Below are positions 22,516 through 33,039 of a stretch of 64,000 nucleotides of DNA, one piece after another. The stretch covers positions 1,120,001-1,184,000 of the forward strand of contig CAWDXG010000001.1 of assembly GCA_963806225.1 (NCBI GenBank), read 5' to 3'. The translations under genes were made by a program, and so were the position numbers. The stretch's first letter is position 1; the number at the start of each line of letters is the position of its first letter. The notes below the pieces were generated by a model, which saw nothing but the letters and a program-made list of their open reading frames with translations, did no database searches and was not told the DNA's origin. The stretch is from an uncultured delta proteobacterium. Its GTDB lineage: Bacteria > Myxococcota_A > Polyangia > Polyangiales > Polyangiaceae.

Positions 22516-22874
22516 TGCGCGCGTCTGTCGGCTGCCATCTCTCGATTGGAGCGCTGCCGATCGTCGCGGTCGTGGCGGGCTGCGCGTCTGTCATCGGTGC
22601 GGACTTCGAAGGCTTCGAGACCGAGCCCGGTGGCGATGGCGGAGACGCCTTGCCTGGGCCTGATGCAGCCGACTCGACCGATGCGCGCGATGCGCGCCCC
22701 GCCGTGGATGCCGGCGGAGCCGAAACGCTCGACCCGTGCGACGCGGCTGGCGCATGCAAGAAAGGAGCGGTCGAGACCGCTGCCTGCAAGGGCGACGAGA
22801 TCAAGACGCGAACCTGCGACGCTCTCTGTAGCTGGGGCCACTACGGCAAGTGCCAGAAGCCGGGCAACAAGTGA
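22515..22874 (+). CDS. Lipoprotein, probably truncated
   Basis: VAGC lipobox, acidic linker and one Cys-rich repeat; coupled to the upstream stop. Confidence 0.6.
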   Translation: MRASVGCHLSIGALPIVAVVAGCASVIGADFEGFETEPGGDGGDALPGPDAADSTDARDARPAVDAGGAETLDPCDAAGACKKGAVETAACKGDEIKTRTCDALCSWGHYGKCQKPGNK

Positions 22875-22956
22875 GCGTCGCCCGTCTCCCATCGGTTGAC
22901 GCGCAGCCATGGTCCAAGGGCCCAGTAGCGCATGGGCTGCCCCCCACGTGGGTGCG

Positions 22957-23163
22957 ATGGCCGACTCCATCCAGCTATTCGTCGTGGACGTGGACGGCAC
23001 ACTGCTGGCGCCGGAGAAGAGACTGACCGACCGCGTCCGGGACCCGGTCCGGTCGCTCAGGCAGGCAGGCGTCCAGCTCGCGCTCACCAGCGGGCGTCCG
23101 CCGCGCCCGCTCGCGTTGCCCCGGCTCCCTACCGTTTTGCAGGATCATGCGGCGCAATCGTGA
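22957..23163 (+). pseudogene. Cof-like HAD-IIB hydrolase N-terminal remnant
   Basis: VVDVDGTLL motif I and LTSGRPPR motif II, then abrupt end. Confidence 0.8.
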
Positions 23164-23832
23164 TAGGCGCACAGTATGCGTGCTGGTCACCGCGTGGTTG
23201 TTGGTCTGCTCGCCTGCTTCATTGCTCTCGGTTCCACGACGCGCGCTTCGGCCCAGGACAACCCCGGAAAAAGTCGGATTCGACCGCGGGCGGGCCCGAG
23301 GGTCAGCCACAATCGGTTGCAGTGGATCTGCAGCGTCTCGGTGCGGAGCTTGATCTCTACGCCGCGGAGGCAAACCGCACACGCTTGGCCTCGGCGCTGA
23401 CCGGGCTGGGGATCGGGTCAGCGCTCGTCCCGTCGGGCATCGTGCTCCTCGGACGGTCCGACGGCGTCTCTCGAGCGCTGGTGATCGGGATGATCGTCGG
23501 CGGTTCCGCGCAACTCGCCTCGGTGCCGCTGCTGCTGATCCCAACGCGGATGGATGGCCGCGGGCTTGAGCCTGTTGCTCGCGCACGAAGGTGTCCTGGG
23601 GATGTCGCGCGAAGCGCAATACACCTGGGGCGGCGTGCTGATGGGTACCGGGGCGCCAGTCACCACAATCAGCGTGCGGCTCCTGCTCGAATGGAGCCTG
23701 GAAGAGTCCTCATGGCAGGCCTATCGAACGATGAAGTCCGACGCGAATCGCTTGGCAAGAGTGCGCCTGCCATCCATCGGCGCGACTCCACTTCCGGGCG
23801 GAGCGATGGGCTTCGCCTCGATGAGGTTCTAG
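23147..23832 (+). pseudogene. Hypothetical membrane protein in several frame-shifted pieces
   Basis: Signal-like start and hydrophobic segments spread over three reading frames. Confidence 0.45.
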
Positions 23833-23907
23833 ATCAGCGACAGTGGGGGGCCCGGGCCGTCGCTCGCGCTGATTCCCGAACACGTTTCGCCATAGCGCTG
23901 ACGGCGG

Positions 23908-24747
23908 CTATGCTGGTCGGACCTGAGGCGGATTCACCGAAACGGGTCCGCCGGTCAGCGTGACGGGCAGCTCGTCACCGTCGACCTCGAGCACAAGAGC
24001 CGTGATGTTGTCTTTTCCGCCTCGCGCATTCGCGGTATCGACCAACAGCGCGCCGGCCTCCTCCAGGCTGGCTCCGCTCAGGATCGCGCGCATGTCGGTG
24101 TCGCGAAGCTCGTTGGAGAGGCCGTCAGAGCAGAGCAGGAAGCGATCGCGCTGACAGAGCGGAACCCAGCCCATCGCGACGGCGACCTCGGGTCCGAGTC
24201 CGACCGCTTGTAGAATGCGATTCTTGAAGTCGCTGTCTCGGGCCTGCTCGGGCGTGAGCGATCCCTTGTCGACGAGCTGTTGCACGACACTTTGATCGTG
24301 GGTGATCTGCAAGAACTGATCGCCGCGCAGTAGATACGCGCGCGAGTCTCCGATCTCGGCGACGTACGCGTCATGGCCATGAAGCAGCATGGCCGTCAGC
24401 GTCGCACCCATGCCTTCCTTGCCGGACGCACGCGCGAAGTTCCACACGTTCTTGTTGGCGCCTTCGACGCTGGTCCGGAGCGCGTCGCTGGCGCCTTGCG
24501 CGGAGCCAGCGTCCATGCCGATGCGCAGCCCGTGCAGCGCGAGCGCGCTCGCAACCTCACCCGACTGCGCGCCGCCCATGCCGTCCGAAACGGCGACCAG
24601 GACCCCGCGCTCACCGACGCTCAGCAATTCGGCCCTCGCCATCGAGTGAACGCGCACCGTCGTTGCCAGGTCGGCGACGACGAAGGCATCCTCGTTCGTT
24701 TCACGGATGCGGCCACGGTGGGTCTTCCCAAACACGGTTATCTTCAC
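23908..24747 (-). CDS. PP2C-family Ser/Thr phosphatase (Stp1/PrpC-like)
   Basis: GRIRETNED, VSDGMGG, IGDSRAY, LCSDGL, GGKDNIT; GTG start inferred at 24747. Confidence 0.9.
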   Translation of the reverse strand: MKITVFGKTHRGRIRETNEDAFVVADLATTVRVHSMARAELLSVGERGVLVAVSDGMGGAQSGEVASALALHGLRIGMDAGSAQGASDALRTSVEGANKNVWNFARASGKEGMGATLTAMLLHGHDAYVAEIGDSRAYLLRGDQFLQITHDQSVVQQLVDKGSLTPEQARDSDFKNRILQAVGLGPEVAVAMGWVPLCQRDRFLLCSDGLSNELRDTDMRAILSGASLEEAGALLVDTANARGGKDNITALVLEVDGDELPVTLTGGPVSVNPPQVRPA

Positions 24748-25120
24748 GTACGGTCCCCAAGCAAGACCTGGGCCGCAGAGGCTTCGCGAGGAGGGGCAAC
24801 GGATGCTTGGCCCCTCCGACCTTGCGACAGATCGCGCAATCGTCCTTGCGACGGTGGGTCGCGGGCCCAGCAACAGTCATGCCGCAGACCGGATCCTCGT
24901 GTGTTTCGCTAGAATACGACCGACCGGGCCCGCTGGGTTGCGCTGTACGCTTGCATCGCGGGCCTGCGGATGATCCAGGTAGCCAGAACGGAGTGGAAAA
25001 TGCCGCAAAGCCGGGCGCGACCCGGCGAGAGTGCGCATGTTGCTCTGATCAAGGGCGGGATCCGATTCGAGCGGACGCTCCGGCGTCCAGCCGCAGCTCG
25101 ATCGGCGAGGGAACGGAGCG

Positions 25121-27457
25121 ATGGGGAAAGACGAGCCATCCAATGGAAACGGCGCTCTTCACGCTGCACGGCGGGCGCTCGGGGACAGCGAGGCGATCAA
25201 TCGCGCCATCGTCGAGAGCATTCCCCAGAAGTTGTTCCTGAAGGATTGCAGCTCGGTCTACCTCGCTATCAACTCGCCCCTCGCGGCCAGCCTCGGCTGC
25301 ACGCCCGAGCAGGTCGTGGGCAAGGACGACTTCGCCCTCGTCTCGGCCGAGCTGGCCGACAAGTACCGGGCCGACGATCGCGCGGTGATCGAATCGGGAC
25401 AGGCCAAGGACATGGAGGAGCGATACGTCGCCCAGGGGAAGGAGTACTGGATCCACACCGTCAAGACGCCGGTCAGGAGCGCCGCCGGCGAGGTGATCGC
25501 CGTGCTCGGTCTGTTCGAGGACATCACCGAGCAAAAGCGGGCAGCCAACGTGCTCGAAGCATCGGAGAAGCGCTACCGCCGCCTGTTCGAGTCAGCCAAG
25601 GACGGTATCCTGATTCTCGACGCGGACTCCGGCTGCATCGTCGACGTCAATCCGTTTCTGGAGCAGTTGACAGGCTACTCGCACGAGGAGTTCCTGGGCA
25701 GGCATCTGTGGGAGATCGGCGCGTTCAAGGACATCGCCGCTTCGCGGGAGGCGTTTGTCACGTTGCAGACGGAAAAGTACGTCCGCTACGAGCATCTTCC
25801 GCTGAAGGCCCGCGACGGACGCCGCATCGACGTCGAGTTCGTCAGCAATGTCTATCCTGTCGACAACCAGAACGTGATCCAGTGCAACATCCGTGACATC
25901 ACCGCCTGGAAACGGGTCGAGATCGAGCGCAATCGGTTGATGAGGGCGATCGAGCAGACCGCGGAGATGGTGGTCGTCACCAACGCCAGCGGAAACATCG
26001 TCTACGCCAACCCGGCCTTCGAAACCGTAACCGGCTACGCGCACGCGGAGGTCCTCGGCCAGAGTCCGCGCCTGCTCAAGAGCGGCGTTCAGGACGACGC
26101 GTTCTACCGCGCGATGTGGGCGACCATCAGCGGCGGCGGGACCTGGCACGGACGCATGGTCAACAAGAAGAAGGACGGCACGCTCTACACCGCCGAGGCG
26201 ACCATCTCGCCCGTGCGCGAGGCGGCCGGGGCGATCACGAGCTACGTCGCCGTGGAGCGGGACATCAGCGCGAGGCTCGTGCTGGAGGCGCAGTTCCTGC
26301 AGGCCCAGAGGATGGAGAGCATCGGGCGCCTCGCCGGCGGCGTCGCCCACGACTTCAACAACCTCGTCACGGTCATCCTGAGCTACACAGCGCTCGCGCT
26401 GGAACAGTTGCGGGACGGCGACCCGCTGAAAGACGACCTGCTCGAGGTGACCGGGGCCGGCGAGCGAGCCGCGGCGCTCACGCGCCAGCTCCTCGCGTTC
26501 GGTCGCAAGCAGGTGCTGCAGCCAGTGGCTCTCGACCTGAACCAGGTGCTCGGCGACATGGAGAACATGCTGCGCCGGATCATCGGCGAGGACATCGAGC
26601 TGGTGTGGGCCCCCCAATCCACGCTCGGGCTGGTCCGGGCCGATCCAGGTCAGCTCGAGCAGGTGCTCATGAACCTCGTGGTGAACGCCGGCGACGCGAT
26701 GCCCGACGGCGGCCGGCTCACCATCGAAACGTCCAACGTGGAGATCGACGAGGCGTACGCGGCGGCTCACGCGGCCGTTGAACGCGGACCTTACGTCATG
26801 CTTTCGGTCAGCGACACGGGCTCGGGCATGGACGAGGCGACCCGGACCCAGATCTTCGATCCCTTCTTCACCACCAAGGACAAGAGCAAGGGGACGGGTC
26901 TGGGCCTTTCCACGGTGCACGGCATCGTGACGCAGAGCGGCGGCTCCATCTGGGTCTACAGCGAGCCTGGCCGGGGAACGACGTTCAGGGTGTATCTGCC
27001 GCGGGAGCTCGAGGCCACCATGGTGCTGGCCAGCGAGCGCCGGACGACCCGGCCGCGGACTGGAACCGAGACGATCCTCGTGGTCGAGGACGAGAAGGCA
27101 CTGCGCAGGGTGGCCAGAAGGATCCTGGGCGCAGCCGGCTACACGGTGCTGACCGCCGCGGGCGGGCCCGAGGCGATCGCGATGTGCGCGCAACACGGGG
27201 ACGACATCCATCTGCTCCTGACCGACATGGTCATGCCGTCGATGAGCGGAATGGAGCTCGCACAAGAGCTTCTGCAGACGCGGCCGGCGCTCCGGGTCCT
27301 CTACACGTCGGGCTACAGCGACGCGGGGCTCGTCCAGCAGGGCGTGCTCGAACCAGGGGTCCACTTCCTGCCGAAGCCGTTCACCGCCGCTGACCTCGTG
27401 CGCTCGGTCGGCGAGGTGCTGGACGGCGCTAGTCCCCCGGCACGAAGGTTATTGTAG
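25121..27457 (+). CDS. Multi-PAS hybrid sensor histidine kinase with receiver
   Basis: Three PAS-like repeats, GVAHDFNN H-box, [14 protein letters not shown], receiver [15 protein letters not shown]. Confidence 0.92.
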   Translation: MGKDEPSNGNGALHAARRALGDSEAINRAIVESIPQKLFLKDCSSVYLAINSPLAASLGCTPEQVVGKDDFALVSAELADKYRADDRAVIESGQAKDMEERYVAQGKEYWIHTVKTPVRSAAGEVIAVLGLFEDITEQKRAANVLEASEKRYRRLFESAKDGILILDADSGCIVDVNPFLEQLTGYSHEEFLGRHLWEIGAFKDIAASREAFVTLQTEKYVRYEHLPLKARDGRRIDVEFVSNVYPVDNQNVIQCNIRDITAWKRVEIERNRLMRAIEQTAEMVVVTNASGNIVYANPAFETVTGYAHAEVLGQSPRLLKSGVQDDAFYRAMWATISGGGTWHGRMVNKKKDGTLYTAEATISPVREAAGAITSYVAVERDISARLVLEAQFLQAQRMESIGRLAGGVAHDFNNLVTVILSYTALALEQLRDGDPLKDDLLEVTGAGERAAALTRQLLAFGRKQVLQPVALDLNQVLGDMENMLRRIIGEDIELVWAPQSTLGLVRADPGQLEQVLMNLVVNAGDAMPDGGRLTIETSNVEIDEAYAAAHAAVERGPYVMLSVSDTGSGMDEATRTQIFDPFFTTKDKSKGTGLGLSTVHGIVTQSGGSIWVYSEPGRGTTFRVYLPRELEATMVLASERRTTRPRTGTETILVVEDEKALRRVARRILGAAGYTVLTAAGGPEAIAMCAQHGDDIHLLLTDMVMPSMSGMELAQELLQTRPALRVLYTSGYSDAGLVQQGVLEPGVHFLPKPFTAADLVRSVGEVLDGASPPARRLL

Positions 27458-27466
27458 GTCCTGCCA

Positions 27467-28072
27467 GTGGAACGGTGTTCCGTGCGCCGATCGAATCCCA
27501 GGCGCACTCACCGTCGCGAAGGGACGCCGACACCGGGCGTCGTTCTCGAGCTCGGCGTGTCCTCGATTTCTCCGAAGGAGTCGGTGGAGCTACTCGACGG
27601 TGGCGATCGGGCCTACCCGGCTATGCTCTCTGCCATCGCGCACGCGCGAAAGAGTGTCGACCTGGAGGTCTACGCCTTCTCCCCGTCGGGCGTGGGCGCA
27701 CGCTTCGTCGAAGCACTGGGGCGCGCGGCGCGCCGACGTGTGGCGGTGCGTATCGTGATCGACGGCTGGGGCTCGGCGCGCCGGGGGCGCGGCGTCGCGA
27801 ATTCCCTGCGCGAGGTCGGCTGCGAGGTTCGAATCTACCACCGTCTGGCCGCCCTGCGTTCGCGCGCGATCACATCGTTGGAGGCAACGTCACGGCTGCG
27901 GAGGTGGATGCTCGACCCAATGGGTCGGCTCGTGGCCCGGTTCGCAGACGCGATCAGTCGCGTGATCGCTAGCCGAAAGCTGCGGCGAGCATCGACAGAC
28001 TACTCCGTGTCCGCTGCGGCTTCCGACCCGGGTAGCGGTGGGGGCAACCCGGTCGCGAGAGACCCTCCGTGA
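27467..28072 (+). pseudogene. Cardiolipin synthase/PLD-family remnant with large internal deletion
   Basis: VELLDGGDRAYPAMLSAIAHARKSVDLEVY..DGWGS N-terminal part; no HxKxxxxD motif remains. Confidence 0.75.
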
Positions 28073-28151
28073 CCCTTCGAAGAGTGCGTGGCCCGCGCGC
28101 TATGCGCGATGGTGTGGCGCAAAGGTTGCGTTTCCGGTCTACGCGCCGTGC

Positions 28152-30665
28152 CTAACGTGCGCCTTCGAGGCGGCCGGCACGAACGCCGTCAGGCATATCT
28201 GCACGGTCGGTCGGTTCTGGCGGATCGAGAATCCGGTATGCGAGCAGCTTCACGCGGTCATTCAGGACAAACCACGCCAGCGCGTAGCCCCACACGAACA
28301 GCGCCCAACCCCACCCGAGCGGCGTCATGAACAGCCCATAGACCGCGATCAGAGTCGCCACGGCCTGCGTACCGAGCACGGCGACCCACAGGACGCGCGC
28401 GGGGCGTATCGACCAGAACGGACCGCGCGTGCGCGTGAGGAAGATCGTCAGATGTCCGGCCACCGATAGCTTCAGGTACATGAGCGTCTGGATGTGCGCG
28501 CGGTCGAGATGAAAGACGCGCTCGCCCAGATAGAACAGGCCGAAGGCGGAGACGACGCCGATGACGCCGAGCACCGTGGCGATCCCCAGCACCACGCGCA
28601 TGTTCCAGGCCTCGGGCTGATCCTTGTAGTGGACCTTGTCGTAGGCGATGCTCAGGATGGCGCCGTCGTTGAGCAACGCGAGCATCACGATCATGACCGC
28701 GGTCAGCGGATAGAAGTTGAAGATCAGGATCGCCAGCGTCATGAAGCAGAGCACGCGCAGCGTCTCGGCGATGCGGTAGATCGCGTAGCTGTTCATCCGC
28801 TGGAAGATCTTCCGGCTCTCCTTGATCGCGTCGATGATCACGGACAGACCCGGTGTCATCAGCACCATGGCCGCCGCAGCGCGCGCGGCGTCCGTCGCGC
28901 CGGAGACGGCGATGCCACAGTCCGCCTTCTTCAGCGCGGGGGCGTCGTTGACGCCGTCGCCGGTCATGCCGACGATGTGACCGCGCTTCTGCAGTGCCTC
29001 GATGATGTGGAACTTGTGTTCGGGAAACACCTGGGCGAAGCCATCCGCGTTCTCGATCGACTCGCCGAGCTGGGCCGTCTCGTGATGCTTCGCGTCGCCG
29101 AAGCCGCTGGCATCGAGGATGTTCGTGCCCAGCCCCAGCTTCTTTGCGGTTTCCTGGGCGATGGCCAGCTGATCGCCCGTCACCATCTTGATGCTCACGC
29201 CCATCCGACGGGCTGTCGCGATGGTCTCCTCGGCCTCTTCCCGGGGCGGGTCGAATAGCGGCAACACGCCCACAAACTGCCATGCGCCTTGCGCGTCCGT
29301 CCGGGCCACGCCCAGCGAGCGGAAGCCACGCGCCGCGAATCCGCCGACGGCCTTGTCGACGGCCGCCTGCACCTGTCCGGCATTGGCCGATAGCGCGAGG
29401 ATCACCTGCGGTGCGCCCTTCGTTGCCTTGAACGTCCCGCCGTCAGGGGCGTGGATGGTGGCCTCGGTGCGTTTGTGCACCGGGTCGAAGGGTTGGAAGT
29501 GGACCACCTCGTAGTTCTGCAACGCCTGGTCGTTTGGCAAGCCGCCCAGCACGGCCTGGTCGATGGTGTCCTTGTCGTCCGCGCGCGACGCCAGTGCGGC
29601 GTCGCGGATGACTTGATCGACGGGCGTGTCGTTCGCGCTGAACGGTTCGCCCAGCGTCAGCTTGTTCTGCGTGAGCGTGCCGGTCTTGTCGGCGCACAGC
29701 ACGTCCACGCCCGCCAGTTCCTCGATGGCGGCGAGCCGTGTCACGATGGCTTCTTTTCTCGCCAGCAGGCGCGCGCCGACCGCCATCGTGACGGATAGCA
29801 CCGTCGGCATCGCCACGGGGATGGCCGCGACGGTCAGCACCAGCGCGAACTGCAGCGTGGTGAGGATGCGGTCGCCGCGGAAGATCGCGACGGCGATGAT
29901 CACCGCGACCAGGACCGCCGCCAGGATGATCAGGTAGTTGCCGATCTTCAGTACAGCGCGTTGAAAGTGGCTGACATTGCGCGCCTCCTGCACCAGCTCT
30001 GCGGTCTTGCCGAAGAAGGTGGCGCCGCCCGTGGCATAGACGAGCGCGCCGACTTCACCCTGACGGACGATCGAACCGGAGTAGACCGCCTCGCCCGGCT
30101 TTCGCGTGGCGGGCAGGGACTCGCCCGTCAACGCGGACTGGTCCACCTCTATCGGATCGCCCTCCAGCAAGCGGGCGTCGGCTGGCACGATGTCGCCCAG
30201 GCGCACGCGGATGACGTCGCCCGGTACCAGCTCGCGCGCCGCCGGAGTGATCCACTTGCCGTCGCGCTTCACCCTGGCGGTGATCGCCAGCTTGGCCTTG
30301 AGCGCGGCGATGGCGTTGCCGGCCTGGTGTTCTTCCCAGAATCCGACCCCGGCGTTGGCCAGCAGCAAGAGCAGGATGATCGCAAAGTCCGGCCAGTGCC
30401 GGGCCACCGCCGACAGCACCACGGCGGCTTCGATCATCCACGGAATGGGTCCCCAGAAGTAGGTGAGGAACTTCAGGAAAGCATTGGTCTTCTTGTCTTG
30501 TAGTTGGTTCGGCCCGTACTGGAGCAGGCGCTTTTCCGCTTCGGCTTGGCCGAGGCCGTCCGGCGACGACCCCAGCCGTGACTGGAGCTCGGCCATCGGA
30601 AGGGACTCGAGATCGACCTTTGCGCCCGGTTTCGAGCCGGGCGCTCCCGGACTCGCGGTGCGCAT
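28152..30665 (-). CDS. Plasma-membrane proton-efflux P-type ATPase (P3A)
   Basis: FWGPIPWMIE, DQSALTGES, IPVAMPTV, DKTGTLT, KGAPQ, GDGVNDAP, ALLNDG. Confidence 0.93.
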   Translation of the reverse strand: MRTASPGAPGSKPGAKVDLESLPMAELQSRLGSSPDGLGQAEAEKRLLQYGPNQLQDKKTNAFLKFLTYFWGPIPWMIEAAVVLSAVARHWPDFAIILLLLLANAGVGFWEEHQAGNAIAALKAKLAITARVKRDGKWITPAARELVPGDVIRVRLGDIVPADARLLEGDPIEVDQSALTGESLPATRKPGEAVYSGSIVRQGEVGALVYATGGATFFGKTAELVQEARNVSHFQRAVLKIGNYLIILAAVLVAVIIAVAIFRGDRILTTLQFALVLTVAAIPVAMPTVLSVTMAVGARLLARKEAIVTRLAAIEELAGVDVLCADKTGTLTQNKLTLGEPFSANDTPVDQVIRDAALASRADDKDTIDQAVLGGLPNDQALQNYEVVHFQPFDPVHKRTEATIHAPDGGTFKATKGAPQVILALSANAGQVQAAVDKAVGGFAARGFRSLGVARTDAQGAWQFVGVLPLFDPPREEAEETIATARRMGVSIKMVTGDQLAIAQETAKKLGLGTNILDASGFGDAKHHETAQLGESIENADGFAQVFPEHKFHIIEALQKRGHIVGMTGDGVNDAPALKKADCGIAVSGATDAARAAAAMVLMTPGLSVIIDAIKESRKIFQRMNSYAIYRIAETLRVLCFMTLAILIFNFYPLTAVMIVMLALLNDGAILSIAYDKVHYKDQPEAWNMRVVLGIATVLGVIGVVSAFGLFYLGERVFHLDRAHIQTLMYLKLSVAGHLTIFLTRTRGPFWSIRPARVLWVAVLGTQAVATLIAVYGLFMTPLGWGWALFVWGYALAWFVLNDRVKLLAYRILDPPEPTDRADMPDGVRAGRLEGAR

Positions 30666-30680
30666 CGCGACCGACGGGGT

Positions 30681-30696
30681 AGCAAGGCTCGTGCCC
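30681..30696 (-). promoter_or_regulatory. Putative sigma54 promoter of the H+-ATPase
   Basis: Minus strand GGGCACG-AGCC-TTGCT, 15 nt upstream of ATG 30665. Confidence 0.6.
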
Positions 30697-30792
30697 GCCT
30701 TGGCCGCGCCCGCCCGCCTTCCACCGCGCAAAGTGATCGCGTGTCTCGTGCGTCAGGGGCTGAGCAACACCCTTTCCCCCGGCGGCCGGGCA

Positions 30793-33000
30793 GTGTCCAC
30801 TGCTCCCAGGTTGACCAAAGTCCGCACGCCCAAGCGCTATGGCACGATGGCCGGCGTCTTCACGCCGACGCTGCTGACCATTCTGGGCGTCATCATGTAC
30901 CTGCGCCTGCCCTGGGTGGTGGGCAATGGCGGGCTGCTCGGCGCAGGTCTGGTCATGCTGCTTGCGATTGGCATCGCCGTGACGACCGGGCTGTCGCTGT
31001 CTTCGATAGCGACCAACACGCGGCTCGGCGCGGGTGGACCGTACGCCATCATCTCCAAGTCTCTAGGGCTCGAGATAGGCGGCAGCGTCGGGGTGCCTCT
31101 GTACCTGTCCCAGGCGCTGGCAGTGGCCATGTACATCTTCGGTTTTCGCGAGGGATGGAACTGGATATTCCCGCACCACAATCCGCTGCTGGTGGATCTC
31201 GCGACCTTCGCCGTTGTCTTCGTCGTCGCGTTCGTGAGCGCGGAGCTGGCATTCAGGATCCAGTACCTGGTCATGATCGTGATCCTGGTATCGCTGGTCG
31301 CGATCATCGGCAACGTCAACGTTTGGACCCACGGTCACAAGCTCGTGCTGTGGGGAAGCTTCCGCGGCTCACCGGAAAACGGCTTTTCGGGCACACACTT
31401 CTGGACGCTGTTCGCGGTGTTTTTTCCGGCCTCCACCGGCATCATGGCCGGCGCCAACATGAGTGGCGAGCTGGAGAACCCGCGCAAGAGCATTCCGCGC
31501 GGAACACTGGGCGCCCTCGCCATCAGCACCGTCGTCTACGTTGTCCTGGCCGTCTGGTCGGCGCGGGCGGGCAGCGTGGAAGAGCTCACCGGCAACTATA
31601 CGATCATGATCGACAAGTCGCTCTACGGCCCCGCGGTGCTCGCGGGGCTGCTCGGGGCGACGTTCTCGTCGGCGCTCGCTTCTCTCGTGGGCGCTCCGCG
31701 CATCCTGCTAGCCTTGACCCGGGACGGGCTGGTGCCGAAGGGAGAGGGGCTGGCCAAGGTGGGCAAGAGCGGCGAGCCGCGCCGCGGCATGCTGCTGACC
31801 GGGGCGATCGTGCTCGCGGCGTTGATGCTGAGGAACCTGAACGCCATCGCGCCGCTGATCTCGGGCTTCTTCCTGATTACCTACGCGGTCATCAACCTGG
31901 TCATGCTGATCGAGTCCAGCCTGGGCCTGGTCAGCTTCCGCCCCACGCTACGCCTGCCGATCTGGGTGCCCTTGCTGGGTACCGTGGGCTGCCTGTTTGC
32001 GATGTTCATCGTGAACCCCACGTTCAGCCTGGTGGCCTGGGGGTTCGTCGTGGCGCTTTACTTCTGGATCATGCAGCGCGGGTTGGAGCGTCGAGCCGGC
32101 GATGTGCGCAGCGGCATCTTCGTTGCTTTCGCCGAGTGGGCCGCCAGCAAATGCACCGAGCTGGGGATCAGCACATCGCGAGCCTGGAAGCCGAGCTTCC
32201 TCGTTCCCGTGGTCGACGGCGCCGAGCTCCGGGGCGAGTTCGGGCTGGTCGTCGACATGTGCCAACCCTCCGGCAGCGTGAAGCTCCTCGGCATCGCGAA
32301 CCAGGCGAGCGTCGATGATCTTGGCGTGCGGGTGGCGGACCTCGGTCGAGGCCTGCGTAGGCGTGACGTGTTCTCCACCTGGAGCGTCATCGAAGCCGCC
32401 AGCTACGTGACGGGCGCCATCGCCGGTCTCCAGGCGCTGAAGAGCGCCTTCTTCCGCCCCAACGTGCTGCTCGTCAGCTTGCCGGAGGACCCCGAGCGCT
32501 ACGCGGAGCTGGAGACGCTGCTCGGCGAGGCCCGGCGCCTGGGCGTCGCTGTGACGCTGCTGGCCCTGCATTCGAAGGCCGGCCTCGGGCGCATGTCGGT
32601 CATCAACGTGTGGCTGCGCCCGCCGACGCCGGGCGATTCGGTGGCGCAAGCTCTTGCCAAGGGAAACATGAACCTGGGCATCCTGCTGGGCTACCGCCTG
32701 GCGCGCGGTTGGCGCGGCGACCTGAATCTCATCTGCGTCGCCGGTGCCGAGGATGAAGTGGACAACGCCGCGCGCTACGTCGAAGAGCTACGCGACCTGG
32801 CTCGCATCCCCGAAGGGGCACGCTCCCACGTCCTGGTCGGGGATCTGGAGTCGGCGGTCGGGCGGGCGCCCCAGAGCGACATCGACATCCTGGGCATGCC
32901 CAAAGACAACAACCTCGCTTTCGTCCGCCACATGGTGGAGGCCACGCGCTCCAGCTGCATGTTCACTATCGACTCGGGGAACGAGAACGCCTTGGCATGA
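30793..33000 (+). CDS. Cation-chloride cotransporter-like (SLC12/APC) protein
   Basis: GVFTPTLLTILGVIMYLR, SIATN..GGPY, FAVFFPASTGIMAGANMSG, C-terminal soluble domain (RPNV). GTG start inferred. Confidence 0.85.
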   Translation: MSTAPRLTKVRTPKRYGTMAGVFTPTLLTILGVIMYLRLPWVVGNGGLLGAGLVMLLAIGIAVTTGLSLSSIATNTRLGAGGPYAIISKSLGLEIGGSVGVPLYLSQALAVAMYIFGFREGWNWIFPHHNPLLVDLATFAVVFVVAFVSAELAFRIQYLVMIVILVSLVAIIGNVNVWTHGHKLVLWGSFRGSPENGFSGTHFWTLFAVFFPASTGIMAGANMSGELENPRKSIPRGTLGALAISTVVYVVLAVWSARAGSVEELTGNYTIMIDKSLYGPAVLAGLLGATFSSALASLVGAPRILLALTRDGLVPKGEGLAKVGKSGEPRRGMLLTGAIVLAALMLRNLNAIAPLISGFFLITYAVINLVMLIESSLGLVSFRPTLRLPIWVPLLGTVGCLFAMFIVNPTFSLVAWGFVVALYFWIMQRGLERRAGDVRSGIFVAFAEWAASKCTELGISTSRAWKPSFLVPVVDGAELRGEFGLVVDMCQPSGSVKLLGIANQASVDDLGVRVADLGRGLRRRDVFSTWSVIEAASYVTGAIAGLQALKSAFFRPNVLLVSLPEDPERYAELETLLGEARRLGVAVTLLALHSKAGLGRMSVINVWLRPPTPGDSVAQALAKGNMNLGILLGYRLARGWRGDLNLICVAGAEDEVDNAARYVEELRDLARIPEGARSHVLVGDLESAVGRAPQSDIDILGMPKDNNLAFVRHMVEATRSSCMFTIDSGNENALA

Positions 33001-33039
33001 CGCCGCCAACGGCTTGGCGGAGGGGGAAACTGCGTAGCG

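Noticed and set aside
24990..25045. Sigma54 promoter for the hybrid kinase
   Set aside because: TTGCT is present but the -24 GG is absent at the required spacing.
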